This document shows, piece by piece, positions 25,797-36,181 of a DNA stretch of 64,000 nucleotides; within the stretch, counting starts at the first letter, position 1, and every line of letters starts with the position of its first letter. The position numbers and the translations under genes were made by a program. Origin of the DNA: a virus. Taxonomy: Duplodnaviria > Caudoviricetes. The notes under the pieces were generated by a model that worked only from the letters and a program-made list of their open reading frames with translations, searched no databases and was not told where the DNA came from. The stretch spans positions 10,097-74,096 of IMG/VR virus record IMGVR_UViG_2974723664_000001. One strand, written 5' to 3'.

Positions 25797-28700
25797 TTAC
25801 CAGACCAGGTTATGCCAGGGGTTCAACGTGGGAGCACGAAGCCCCATTGCAGGACCCATCGACATGCCCAGCTTGCCTTCAGCCAGGACCGAGAACAGGT
25901 TGTCCTCAATCGGCAGGCCCACGTTACCGAACATGGTGGGAGTCGGAGCCAAGCCAGCGATCAACGCATGGACAGGGTTGTTCCGGATCATGCTCATAGC
26001 CACCTTCGCAGAACGAATCTTGAAGTTGTAGAACCAGAGCAGGCCCATGCTCTCCATGTACCCACGGAAGCGGCCAGGGAGTCGGTCGTAGTTGATGAAC
26101 TCTTCCGTGACACGGCTATCGGCATCTTCCTTGGTGCGACCTTGACGCTTGATCATGTCGTCATGGATCAGTGCCTTGGCGATGAAGTCACTGTACTCAA
26201 CAGCCTTCTGAATGCCTTGGAACAGAGCCGTATCCTTCGTGATCAGTGCATAGCGACCAGCGTTACGGATGGACTTCGGCAGCTTCTCAGCCAGCTTGTC
26301 CATGTAGTCGTTGATCTTGCCATCGGTGATCAGCAGATCATCACGGGAGATACCGGCATCAGCGATGCTGGAGAACTCACCACGTTCGATCAAAGGCCAG
26401 ATGGACAGACGCTTATGGGCATCAGTGATGGACTGAATCTCAGCATTGATCTTCCGTTCCTTCACCGGGTCACCTTCAGCAGCACGAAGTTCAGCTTCAA
26501 GCTCCACTTGACGGAGACGACTGTTCACATAGTTGTGGATTTCAGCAGTCTTCTTGGGCAGACCCATGACGATGTTCTTGATGGGAACGCCACGACCAAC
26601 CATCTGGTAGATGTTGGCCAGGAAGTTCACCACCGGTATCATCACAGACTTCACAACGATCAAGGTTTTCGCAGTCTTCACTGCACCTTGGATTGCTTGT
26701 TCCGTGTTCATCACGTACTTGTAGGCTTCATTGCCGAAGAGACCCAAGGCCATCTTCTTGATTGCTTCCTGGGTAGGAGCAGACAAGCGGCTATTGCCAG
26801 TCCATGCATCACCAACCGAAGCCATGCGGTAACCGAAGGCATCGTTCAGCATGTCCTTGCGAACCCAGAACTCACCTTTGCCGAAGAGACCCTCAGCACG
26901 GTCTTGCGTTGCTTGGTTCACCAGCTTCCAGGCATCAGCCAGCACTGGGTCCTTGACATCGAACATATTGACGTACTCGTTGGCACGGCCAGCAGCCGCA
27001 TCCTTCTCGTACATCTTGTGCAGGTTGTCCACCAGGGCATCGTTGAAGAACTGTGCCTTCGCCTCTTCCATCTGACGACCACGCCATGCACCGACCATGT
27101 TGGCGAAGTGCTGATCCTTGTTGATACGGTCGAACTGCACCAGGTCAACAGAACGCTCATACGCCACCACCGAACCGTCCTGTGCATAGACAGGCAGCAG
27201 GTTTTCCACACCACGCTCACCGGACTGGAGAGCCTGGGTGATACGTTGCACGGAAGGCTTGTCCACGATGCGACCAGCAGTCGGCATGTTCATGGTGTAA
27301 CCAGTCGTGGTATCCACACCACCCGCAGTGTTTCGCACGTTCTGCATGATCCCTTGAGAGAAAGCAGTACGGCTGGACACGGGCAGGAAGTAGTAGCCAC
27401 GCTTGCCAGTGAAACGATCGGCAGAAGAGCCACGGTAGTCGCCCACACGGACGTAGGACTTCTGGGTCAGCTCGTTGTACTGGGTGTCCTCAGCAACAAT
27501 CATCTGCATGCCTTGCTTGCCCTCCGAGGGGATGTATCCCTTGTAGGAATTCAGGCGAGCAGCATCCGACTGGGCAGCCTTGGCGGACTCATCGGTACGC
27601 TGGCCAACCATGTAGGCAATGCTGAAGTCCAGGCCAGCCGCTTCGCTTTGAACCAAGGAGGACAATGCCTCACGCTGGGTCTTCGGCATGGCTTCCAGGG
27701 CGTACAGCGAGGTCAGTTGGTCCACTGCCTTGATCATGGCATCCGTGGGCAGAGCACGGCCCTTGCGAGCACGCTCACCGAACAGACGAGCCACGGACTC
27801 CGCATTACGCAGCAGGTTCTGTCCAGGCTTGCCCGTAACCATGTAGGTAGCCAGTTGCTTGGCCTTCTTCATGATCAAGGGAGCATGTGCAGCATCCATC
27901 TTGCCCAGTTCGATTTCCAGATCGTTGATCTTGGAGTCCACTGCCTTCTGGTCTCCCAGAAGAGAGCGGATTTCATCCATGGACATGGATTCACGCAGCG
28001 ATGCAATGTCCGTCTTGCCCAGGCCAGTGTGCAGAGCCGTCCACTCGCTGGCTTCCAGCTTGCGGGAGAACTTCTCGGCAATGGTCGTGGGCAGGTGCTC
28101 ACGGAACTGCTGACGGTCCTGCTGAACCTGGGAACGCACCGACTTGATCATGTCGTACACATCAGCGTTTTCGCTGGTACGACCAACCAGATCGTTGATG
28201 AAGTCGTGGAACGGCTTCCACTTGTTCCCTTGGTTCATCTGGCTCATCAAGCCCTTGCTGACTTCAGTACCGTTCTTCTCGGTAGCCACAGCAGCAACAC
28301 CCTTCAGAGCCTGGGCAGCCAGCTTCATGCCCTTGCTGGTCGTGGGATTCGCCAAGATGCCATTCGCCTTGTCGATGGCAGCATCAGACAGACGGGAGAC
28401 ACCGTTGACCACGATGTCATTGGCACGGTCGATCATGTTGCCGGTCGGGGTAGCGACAGCATCATAGAAGGACTGAGTGTCCTGCGACGTTTCGGCAATG
28501 GTCTCCGACAGAGCATCCAGTGCAGCCGTGACGTTATCCGCCTTGGTATCACCAGCCAGTCGGCGATTCAGTGCTTCCATTGCCTTGGTTCCAGCATTGG
28601 TCAGCAGGGCATCGATACTGTTGCCGAGCACCTTGTCCTTCTTGGGGACAGGCAGTTTGGCCAGCACAGCACGCAGATCGTCATGCACCATGGATAGAGC

Positions 28701-31700
28701 CAAGAAGGTAGGCAGCAGGGAACTACGGCCAGCCTCGTCCGTCGTGGTCAGGTAGTTGCCCATGATCACGTCGTACTTCTCTTGAGCGTAGTAGCGGTCA
28801 GCCGGATCATTCCCTTGAGGATCGGCCATGAAGTCTTCCACCTTCACCGTCTTGGTGACATGAGAGTAGAGTTCCTGAGCACGAGCCAGAGCATGGGGAT
28901 CGACAGCCACTTCGGTTGCCAGAGCAGCCACGACATTACGGAACACGCCCTGCTCCTGCATGGTCATGGGGAACCCATGGGCCTGCACGTTGCGGGACAG
29001 TGCCAATGCTTGCGTGAGAGCGAGGCGATGCTTACCCATACGCTCGAAGGACTGCACCGGAGAACCAGTGAGGTAATCCGAGATCAGGGAATCAAACGTA
29101 CCCTTCAGTTGAGCCAGACGCTCAGAGTCACCGTAGGCACGGCTCATGAAGAGGGTGCTGTCCTTGGTCACCGCAGCAGTGCTAGGTTGAGCACGCATGA
29201 TGATGGCCGAGTTGAACAGCAAGTTGCTGAACATGTCATCGCCCACATTCGGCACAACCTTACGGCCCCAGATCAGGGACTTGATACCTGCCAGCACTTC
29301 CTTGGCAATGCGAACCAAGGGGTTCACAGCAGTGGCCTTCTGGCGTGCAGTGAGTTCACGGTTGGTCAATGCCCAGGCCATGAATTCATTCAGAGCACCA
29401 GCCTTCGACAGAGAGGGATCGATGAACCCGTCCTGATGGAAAGAGGTGATGGCATCCATGGCATCAGCATGAGCCGATTGGAACTCAGGAGAAAGACTTT
29501 CGGTGTCCAGCTTGGTGAACTGATCCATCAGCTTCTCGATGCGGCCGATAGCCTGCGCTACCACGATATCCGAGGAACCGTTGTAGTGGGCGTACACCTT
29601 CTCGAACGTGGCAGCATGAACCATTTCATGAATGAGCGTCTCATTGCTGGGACGAGTCATGTACATGGTCTTGTCATCGAACGTAGTCCAACCGTCGATG
29701 TTGCCCTTCTTGGCTTCTGCCAAGTCTTCACTGGTCAGAGACTGCTTGCCCGTCAACTGAGCGTACAGGTTCACCTGCTCAGGAGTACCCAGGATCATCT
29801 TGTAATCCTTGGCAGCCAGAGACTTCTGGATTTCGTTCAAGACAGCAGCTTGCTCCGGAGAGAACTTACTGATCTTGCCCAGGTTCTTGATGGCAGTCAC
29901 CGACAGGATGCGAGCACCCGACTTCTTATGGACACGTCCCACCGCTTCAAAAGCAGGGTTCAGCTTCTCGGGAGCTACGGTAGACGCAACAGGTTCAGCC
30001 TTCTTCGACGGCGATTGGAGTTTGTTCAACTCTTCGTTGTAGAGACGGTTGAGGGTTGCGACTTGCTCATCGAGAGTCAGCAGGGACAAGTCCAGTTTGC
30101 CAGTGGTCTGGTAGGGAACACCCACGGCAGCCATCTGGTCGATGGACAGGTTCACTCGATCCAAGGCACGATGACGAGCCTCAGCTTCCATGGCCGATTG
30201 CTTCAGACGCTCACCCAGAGCGATAGCAGCAGCTTCCAGGACTTCCGGCTTCACATCTTCCTTCCACTGCTTGGGTTCCAGCAACGAACGCTTCAGACCA
30301 GTGGTCAGATCGTCATTCATGTTGCTGAAGTCAGCAGCCTTCAAGAACTTCTGGTACGAGTCCGAAACAGCCTGGAGGGGATTGCCCATCCAGCTTTCGT
30401 AGACCGCTTGGTTCGCCTTCTGAGCATCAGCTTCGATGGAAGACAGCTTCATGTTCATGCCGTCGAAAATCTTCAGCGTGCCAGTGGGCTTGCCCTTCAT
30501 GGTAGCCAGGGTCTGCATCATCTGGCCGTCACCGGTGCCGATGGTCATGACAGGGATACCTGCCACACCAGCATCGGAGGGACCATAGACCTGAGCAGCC
30601 ACACGCATCTTGCCATTCAAAGCACGAGCGTAGTCCATACCAGCCACTTCACTGTTCTGCGAGCCAGCGATGTAGAAGTTCTGGGAGCCAGTCTCCACCA
30701 GAGGGGCGTACTTGCCCAGGCTCTTTTGGATGGAGTCCAGTTCTGCTTGGCTCAGGAAGTCACCCTTCTTCCAGTTGGGGTCCTTCGCCTTCTCTTCCAG
30801 TTTCGCTTGCACAGCATCACGGAAAGCTTCTTGCAGGAACAGAGACTGAACCTGGGTAGCCTTCTGGAGTTGCTTGGTCGAATCCATGAGGGACGAACCA
30901 ATGGTTTTGGTGATGGCGTCACGCATCGGATTCACGAACAGATGCAGCATGTTGGTCTGCATGGTGTTCAGTTCATCCGGAGTCAGCGTAAAGGTCTGGG
31001 GATTCAGGCCCGAACGCTTGGGTGCGTCAACACTTTCCAGGACCATACGATCCTTGCGAACTGCCGGTTGTGCCGTCGTCAGTGCTTCCAGGGAAGTGGC
31101 GAACTGCTCCATCATCTGGTTGGCGTGTTCGACCGATTCAGCCTGGGAACCAAAGAGGGCCATTGCAGGAGTCAGCGAGGGGTCTTCCGTCACAGCTTGG
31201 ACAGCAGCGCTCATGCGTTCGTAGATCGAGTCAACGACAGACGAAACCATCTTGCCAGCGATACCCTTTGCTCCCGATCCATAAATGGTGATCGTGAGGG
31301 GGTTCTTGGCGATACCACGCTTCAGTTCCAGGTTGCCGTTCTCATCCACCGACAGGTCGGGGAGGAAAAGGTCCATGATCCGTTGCAGTTGGTTCAACTG
31401 GTTCGTCATACCAGCATCACTCGACACTTGCTGACGCAGAGCCTTCAGACCTTCAGCCAGAGCATCGGTCGAAGTTTGGTACAGGTCTCGACCATCGATC
31501 TTGGAGCGATGTTCGTTCATGGTCATGCCAGGAGTCAGGAACAGGCCACCCTTGGCAGAGTTGCGGATGAAGTCCGCATCGAAGGGACCAGCAGACATCA
31601 ACACCATGGCATTGATGGGACCGTTGGTCACACCGTCAGCTTCCACATACAGCGGAGTCTCGAAGGATGCACGAGCAGCAGCATCCGCACGTTGGTAGCG

Positions 31701-34700
31701 AGCGTACTCAACGAGAGCATGCAGAGCCACAAACGACAGATCACTACCCAGACCTTCCTTGAGGGTAGAGACTGCATCAGCAGGAAGATCACCGGAAGTT
31801 TCCAGCCACTGGTTCAGCATATCCACCGAGGGCTTCAGCTTGCCATTCAGGTCAGCCATCAGCTTTTCGGTAGCAGCTTCACGGCTCATGTTGTGAACCT
31901 TGATGCCCAGTGCTTGAGCCAAGCCCAATGCAAAGCGGCTGAAGTCACGACCATTCTCACTAGACAGGTCCAGCGTGGATTGAGTCGGCAGCAGGGCTTC
32001 ACGCACCAGCTTGGTGGATTGGGGGTTGTACTTGCCCAGCATCTGCATACGACCGACACGGGTCATGTTGTAGCCGAAGTGCATCGGGACGGAGGTAATG
32101 TCCTCTGCTTGGTTCGACACTTGAGCAACCAGACCTTCCAGGTGGTTGTACGCAGCAGCGAGGGAACGGTTCTGACCTTCCAGGCTGATGGCATGGTTGA
32201 CGTTGAGCATGTTCTCGTTGATGCGGCCAGCACCCATCAGTTCCAGAACACGATCTTGGCCCAGACCAGCGAAGAAATCCACCATTGGCTTGTGCAGACG
32301 GAACGGGGTATCGATCTCGTTCTTCAAAGCTGCACGATCTTCGGGAGTGTTGGCCGTACCCGGGTTGCGGAGTTGGTCATGCGGTACAGCAGGACGCTCG
32401 TCACCAAAGTAGGTCTTCTCTTCCGGAGTCATCAGAACAGCTTCTTCGATGGCCGTGGGGAAAGCACGGATGATCGAATCCTTGTCTTGCTTCATCGGAC
32501 GGTAAATGTCGATGGTCTTGGAGGCACCCTTCTCGTCTTGCAGCATGACGCCAGTGTCCGACAGGTAGATGCGTTCGACTTCCACACCACCAGCAGCCAC
32601 GAGAGCCTGGAGCATTTCAGCAGCCATGGCCAGGGGGATACCACGCACGTACCCCAGAGGGGCATTGCGATTGCGATTGAAGCCCCAGTAGGCTTCGATC
32701 TTCTGAGCCAGGGAGTTAGCAGCTTCGGTCAGGGTAAGACCGGAGTTCAGCTTCTCCACCAGACCAGCAGGCTGTTCACCTTCTTCCAGGCCCGTCAGTG
32801 CCTTCGCATCCTTGGCATCCTTGATGGCACCACGATCAACAGCCGTGAGTTGCCATTGCAGACCAGCCAGAACAGCCGATTGCAACAGGCTTTCGTCATA
32901 GGCGAAGGAACCATCAGACGGACGGACGATATTCAGGAGCTTGCCTTCTGCCCAGCGGTTTGCCTCGGTTCCCTTTGCGAAACGCTCACCGACGTTCTTC
33001 TCGGCCAGGAACTTGGCGAGGCTGGAACGCAGAGAGGAAGCAAGGGTTTCCCCGTAGGAAAACACAGCTTTGTAGGCACGAACGAGATCGGTGTCAAAAT
33101 CTTTCGACACTTCTTGTCCCATGAAAGCAGCCATACGCTCCTTGGAACCAAGGGCTTGACGGACAGTCGTGAGGGGCGCTTCATCGCCCGTGATACGGGT
33201 TTTCGGCTCTTCAGGCAGGGAGAACGACTGTTTGAAGTAGTTCTTGATGCCTTCAGCCTGGGGATCGATGGAACCAACCAGATCGGGGAAAGCAGCATCG
33301 ATACCTTCACGCTTCACTTCCGGAGCAGGCTCTTGCTGAACCTCAGTGACTTTGGTCACAGGTTCTTGCACCTGTTCCTGCACAGGAGCAGTTTCCGGGG
33401 TTACAGTAGGGGCGTCTTCGACCACAGGGGTCTTAGGCGCTTCTTCTTTAACCTTCGCGGGTTCAGGTTTCATCTCGGGCGTAACGACAGCAGAATCGGC
33501 CTGCTTGAACTCCTGAACCACTTGGGCAGCAGGTTTGTCCAGACGCGAGTCCAACGGAACCAATTCAACATGACCGACCTGCAACTCCGGGTAAGCCGAA
33601 GCAAGGTTATTTGCGATCTGACCAACGGTCGCAGCTTCAAGTGCAACTTGCTGGGCAAACTGAACCGACTTGGCATTTTGAGGATTGACCCCCAGTCCCT
33701 TCTTGCTCTCGACCCACTCTCGGGAGGGAGTCAAAGCCTGGTACTTGACCGAACGATTCGCGTCACCATTCCCCGTAGCGAGATGGGTGTTCAGCGCTCC
33801 GACCTTGTTCTGCATGTGCTGCGCGAACTTGACGAAGTCGTCAAGGCGAGCGGAGGCCAAGTCGAAGTTACCCGCGTTGTACGCCGACCGAATCCCCTTC
33901 GCATGTTGAAGCGCCGAATACTGTCCTTCGCCCGAGCGGCTCTCGTCCGTCTTAATCTGCATCGACACCACGTCTTGAGGACGTAGGCCCAACTTCTGGG
34001 CTTGAGCGTCATACTCACGAGCACCCTGCAACAGAGCCGATGCACTCTTCAGTGCGGCAATCTGCGGGTTGCTCAGAGAAATCTTCCCTTCCGACGCATG
34101 CTTGAGAATCTGGCCAATCACTTCGGGGTTGGCCTTTTCCGGTACAACTTCAGCTTGTGCCACAGCGACACGAACGTTCTGTTCACCTTCAGGCGTAGCC
34201 AACGACTCTTCCGTGACCGGTGCCACTTGGGCATCAGCCAGCATGTTCTGGATGGTGCGGTATGCACGCAGAACCTTGGGAGTGTTGGCCAAGTTGCCGA
34301 TCAGACCGGAGAACTGGTCCAGCACAGCATTGGCTTCATGACCCTTGGGCATCTGATCCAGGGCAGCAGGACTACGCTCGATGAACGAGCTGACGTTGTT
34401 CGTCATGTCATGCAGAGCCAGAGCAGCACCCAGTTGATCCATGGAGCCTTCTTCCGCTTGGTTCACGAAGTCAGCCAGACGGTTGAATGCTTCGGTGCGA
34501 GTGGTTGCGTCACCCACAGCAGTACGGACAGCATCCGAGATCATCGGGCTATCCAGTTCGGCCGGATTGAAGCGGGTAGCTTCCATCAGGTCCGTGATGT
34601 ACTGGTTCGCAGCAGCCTTTTCTTCCGGAGTAGCAGTGGATGCTTCCACACCAGCACGCAGGGTTTCTTCTGCCTGGGGAGCAGTAGCCACAGCTTCAGC

Positions 34701-36083
34701 ATTGGCTTCAGCCATGACCGTATCCGAGATGGGCGAAGCCTTCTCGTTTTGTGCCATGACAGCTTCACCACGCTTGATGAGGGCTTCACGGGCAGGAGCA
34801 GTAGCAGCATTCACCACATTGCCCACACCACGAGCAGCAGCCATCGTGGTACGTCCGATGGGGGCAGCAGCCTTGGCAGCACCACCAGGAACCTGGACAG
34901 CACCAGCCGTACCCATACCGTACAGAGCACCCATACCAGCTTGCTCACCGACACCTTCCAGCAGGTCTTGGTTCTTGTCCACCTTGGCTTGCGTGGCAAC
35001 GTTCTGTGTCAGTTGACCAGTACCGGACTGGATGCCTTCTTCCACCGTCTCACGCAGCATGTTGCTTGCGATGGAACCAAGGGAACCCACAGAGAAGGGG
35101 GCCGATTCTAGACGGCCAACCAGCGGACCAGTTGCAGCACCGATGGGAGCTTGGATGGCAGCAGCGATCTGACCGGCTTGACCAGCCAGACGACGCTTGG
35201 CTTCATCTTGCGTGAAGCCCTGATCCAAGAATGCACGGTAGTCCTCGGAAGTCTTCATGAGTTCATCATGGGACTTCTTCATCACGTCAGCAGCGGTTTG
35301 CTGATATGCACCACCACCTTCCATGGCACCGATAGCCACAGCAGCCTGACCAGCAGTGGAGGTCATGCCAGTGGCAGCACCGACTGCTTTCATCAGAGGC
35401 CCGGCAGCCAGCAGGCTACCGACACCCTGGGAAATGCCAGAGGTCAAGGTAGTGGGATCGGAGGCAGCGATGCCGACCGAAGAGATGATGTCACGACCCA
35501 GACGTTCCAGACCAGCGACGAAGCCGGGAGTACCAGAAGCGATGGATTCTTCCTGCTTCTTCTTGTTGTCCCGGCTGGCTTGTGCCACTTGTGCAGCTTG
35601 CACACGGCGTTTCGCCTGGAGGGCAGGCGATTGAGTACCTTGAGCGAATTCATTCATGTCGCCCAGGGCTTCAGCGATACGAGCACCGGCATTGTTCGAG
35701 ACGAGGCCCGTACCTAGAGCAGCGATACCGCCCACGGCATTGGCCAAGCCAGTACCGATATCGGTCACTGCATCAGCAGCACCTTGGGAGAAGGTGCGAG
35801 GTTGGGATTGATCACCGATCAATTGACCGGCAGCATCACCACGACGCATCAGAGCGTCGAAACCATACTTGCGTCCATAGGATGCGGCATCCATGGTTCG
35901 CATGTCTTGTTCTTGTTGGGAACCGGAATCCAGCCCGTAGCCAGCCTGTTGACCAGCCAGAGCCTGATATTCCATTCCACCAGCTTCCGCTTTCTTCTGC
36001 TCAGTGGCAGAGGCTACTTCCGAGCGCTTGGTGTCGTGAATCGCATCTGCGAAACCCGCCAAACGGTCAAAGATCGAAGTCAT
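25797..36083 (-). CDS. virion-encapsidated RNA polymerase (N4 gp50)
   Basis: 3428 aa. T7-superfamily motifs RVGRMQM, EADGVTNG, RGIAKNPLTITIYGSG, IFDG. No Cys noticed, as in N4 vRNAP. Confidence 0.97.
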   Translation of the reverse strand: MTSIFDRLAGFADAIHDTKRSEVASATEQKKAEAGGMEYQALAGQQAGYGLDSGSQQEQDMRTMDAASYGRKYGFDALMRRGDAAGQLIGDQSQPRTFSQGAADAVTDIGTGLANAVGGIAALGTGLVSNNAGARIAEALGDMNEFAQGTQSPALQAKRRVQAAQVAQASRDNKKKQEESIASGTPGFVAGLERLGRDIISSVGIAASDPTTLTSGISQGVGSLLAAGPLMKAVGAATGMTSTAGQAAVAIGAMEGGGAYQQTAADVMKKSHDELMKTSEDYRAFLDQGFTQDEAKRRLAGQAGQIAAAIQAPIGAATGPLVGRLESAPFSVGSLGSIASNMLRETVEEGIQSGTGQLTQNVATQAKVDKNQDLLEGVGEQAGMGALYGMGTAGAVQVPGGAAKAAAPIGRTTMAAARGVGNVVNAATAPAREALIKRGEAVMAQNEKASPISDTVMAEANAEAVATAPQAEETLRAGVEASTATPEEKAAANQYITDLMEATRFNPAELDSPMISDAVRTAVGDATTRTEAFNRLADFVNQAEEGSMDQLGAALALHDMTNNVSSFIERSPAALDQMPKGHEANAVLDQFSGLIGNLANTPKVLRAYRTIQNMLADAQVAPVTEESLATPEGEQNVRVAVAQAEVVPEKANPEVIGQILKHASEGKISLSNPQIAALKSASALLQGAREYDAQAQKLGLRPQDVVSMQIKTDESRSGEGQYSALQHAKGIRSAYNAGNFDLASARLDDFVKFAQHMQNKVGALNTHLATGNGDANRSVKYQALTPSREWVESKKGLGVNPQNAKSVQFAQQVALEAATVGQIANNLASAYPELQVGHVELVPLDSRLDKPAAQVVQEFKQADSAVVTPEMKPEPAKVKEEAPKTPVVEDAPTVTPETAPVQEQVQEPVTKVTEVQQEPAPEVKREGIDAAFPDLVGSIDPQAEGIKNYFKQSFSLPEEPKTRITGDEAPLTTVRQALGSKERMAAFMGQEVSKDFDTDLVRAYKAVFSYGETLASSLRSSLAKFLAEKNVGERFAKGTEANRWAEGKLLNIVRPSDGSFAYDESLLQSAVLAGLQWQLTAVDRGAIKDAKDAKALTGLEEGEQPAGLVEKLNSGLTLTEAANSLAQKIEAYWGFNRNRNAPLGYVRGIPLAMAAEMLQALVAAGGVEVERIYLSDTGVMLQDEKGASKTIDIYRPMKQDKDSIIRAFPTAIEEAVLMTPEEKTYFGDERPAVPHDQLRNPGTANTPEDRAALKNEIDTPFRLHKPMVDFFAGLGQDRVLELMGAGRINENMLNVNHAISLEGQNRSLAAAYNHLEGLVAQVSNQAEDITSVPMHFGYNMTRVGRMQMLGKYNPQSTKLVREALLPTQSTLDLSSENGRDFSRFALGLAQALGIKVHNMSREAATEKLMADLNGKLKPSVDMLNQWLETSGDLPADAVSTLKEGLGSDLSFVALHALVEYARYQRADAAARASFETPLYVEADGVTNGPINAMVLMSAGPFDADFIRNSAKGGLFLTPGMTMNEHRSKIDGRDLYQTSTDALAEGLKALRQQVSSDAGMTNQLNQLQRIMDLFLPDLSVDENGNLELKRGIAKNPLTITIYGSGAKGIAGKMVSSVVDSIYERMSAAVQAVTEDPSLTPAMALFGSQAESVEHANQMMEQFATSLEALTTAQPAVRKDRMVLESVDAPKRSGLNPQTFTLTPDELNTMQTNMLHLFVNPMRDAITKTIGSSLMDSTKQLQKATQVQSLFLQEAFRDAVQAKLEEKAKDPNWKKGDFLSQAELDSIQKSLGKYAPLVETGSQNFYIAGSQNSEVAGMDYARALNGKMRVAAQVYGPSDAGVAGIPVMTIGTGDGQMMQTLATMKGKPTGTLKIFDGMNMKLSSIEADAQKANQAVYESWMGNPLQAVSDSYQKFLKAADFSNMNDDLTTGLKRSLLEPKQWKEDVKPEVLEAAAIALGERLKQSAMEAEARHRALDRVNLSIDQMAAVGVPYQTTGKLDLSLLTLDEQVATLNRLYNEELNKLQSPSKKAEPVASTVAPEKLNPAFEAVGRVHKKSGARILSVTAIKNLGKISKFSPEQAAVLNEIQKSLAAKDYKMILGTPEQVNLYAQLTGKQSLTSEDLAEAKKGNIDGWTTFDDKTMYMTRPSNETLIHEMVHAATFEKVYAHYNGSSDIVVAQAIGRIEKLMDQFTKLDTESLSPEFQSAHADAMDAITSFHQDGFIDPSLSKAGALNEFMAWALTNRELTARQKATAVNPLVRIAKEVLAGIKSLIWGRKVVPNVGDDMFSNLLFNSAIIMRAQPSTAAVTKDSTLFMSRAYGDSERLAQLKGTFDSLISDYLTGSPVQSFERMGKHRLALTQALALSRNVQAHGFPMTMQEQGVFRNVVAALATEVAVDPHALARAQELYSHVTKTVKVEDFMADPQGNDPADRYYAQEKYDVIMGNYLTTTDEAGRSSLLPTFLALSMVHDDLRAVLAKLPVPKKDKVLGNSIDALLTNAGTKAMEALNRRLAGDTKADNVTAALDALSETIAETSQDTQSFYDAVATPTGNMIDRANDIVVNGVSRLSDAAIDKANGILANPTTSKGMKLAAQALKGVAAVATEKNGTEVSKGLMSQMNQGNKWKPFHDFINDLVGRTSENADVYDMIKSVRSQVQQDRQQFREHLPTTIAEKFSRKLEASEWTALHTGLGKTDIASLRESMSMDEIRSLLGDQKAVDSKINDLEIELGKMDAAHAPLIMKKAKQLATYMVTGKPGQNLLRNAESVARLFGERARKGRALPTDAMIKAVDQLTSLYALEAMPKTQREALSSLVQSEAAGLDFSIAYMVGQRTDESAKAAQSDAARLNSYKGYIPSEGKQGMQMIVAEDTQYNELTQKSYVRVGDYRGSSADRFTGKRGYYFLPVSSRTAFSQGIMQNVRNTAGGVDTTTGYTMNMPTAGRIVDKPSVQRITQALQSGERGVENLLPVYAQDGSVVAYERSVDLVQFDRINKDQHFANMVGAWRGRQMEEAKAQFFNDALVDNLHKMYEKDAAAGRANEYVNMFDVKDPVLADAWKLVNQATQDRAEGLFGKGEFWVRKDMLNDAFGYRMASVGDAWTGNSRLSAPTQEAIKKMALGLFGNEAYKYVMNTEQAIQGAVKTAKTLIVVKSVMIPVVNFLANIYQMVGRGVPIKNIVMGLPKKTAEIHNYVNSRLRQVELEAELRAAEGDPVKERKINAEIQSITDAHKRLSIWPLIERGEFSSIADAGISRDDLLITDGKINDYMDKLAEKLPKSIRNAGRYALITKDTALFQGIQKAVEYSDFIAKALIHDDMIKRQGRTKEDADSRVTEEFINYDRLPGRFRGYMESMGLLWFYNFKIRSAKVAMSMIRNNPVHALIAGLAPTPTMFGNVGLPIEDNLFSVLAEGKLGMSMGPAMGLRAPTLNPWHNLVW

Positions 36084-36130
36084 GGGAATTCCTTGATAAG
36101 CAGGTATGTTTGTAGGGAGTTTACCACTCC

Positions 36131-36163
36131 CAAATGAAAACGCCCACTCCGAAGAGTGGGCGT
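36131..36163 (-). terminator. intrinsic terminator after the gp51-like gene
   Basis: On the - strand ACGCCCACTC-TTCG-GAGTGGGCGT followed by TTTCATTT. Confidence 0.85.
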
Positions 36164-36181
36164 CGAAGTGGCTGGGCCAGT

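Noticed and set aside
33420-33990. Patch of apparently different codon style within the vRNAP (similar patches near 16700-17000 and 38160-38220)
   Set aside because: Visual impression only and cannot be quantified here. Ordinary recombination with relatives would explain it.
25761-35111. Very long + strand ORFs (978, 1734 and 369 aa) opposite the vRNAP
   Set aside because: Antisense shadows caused by codon bias of the real gene. No motifs or SD.
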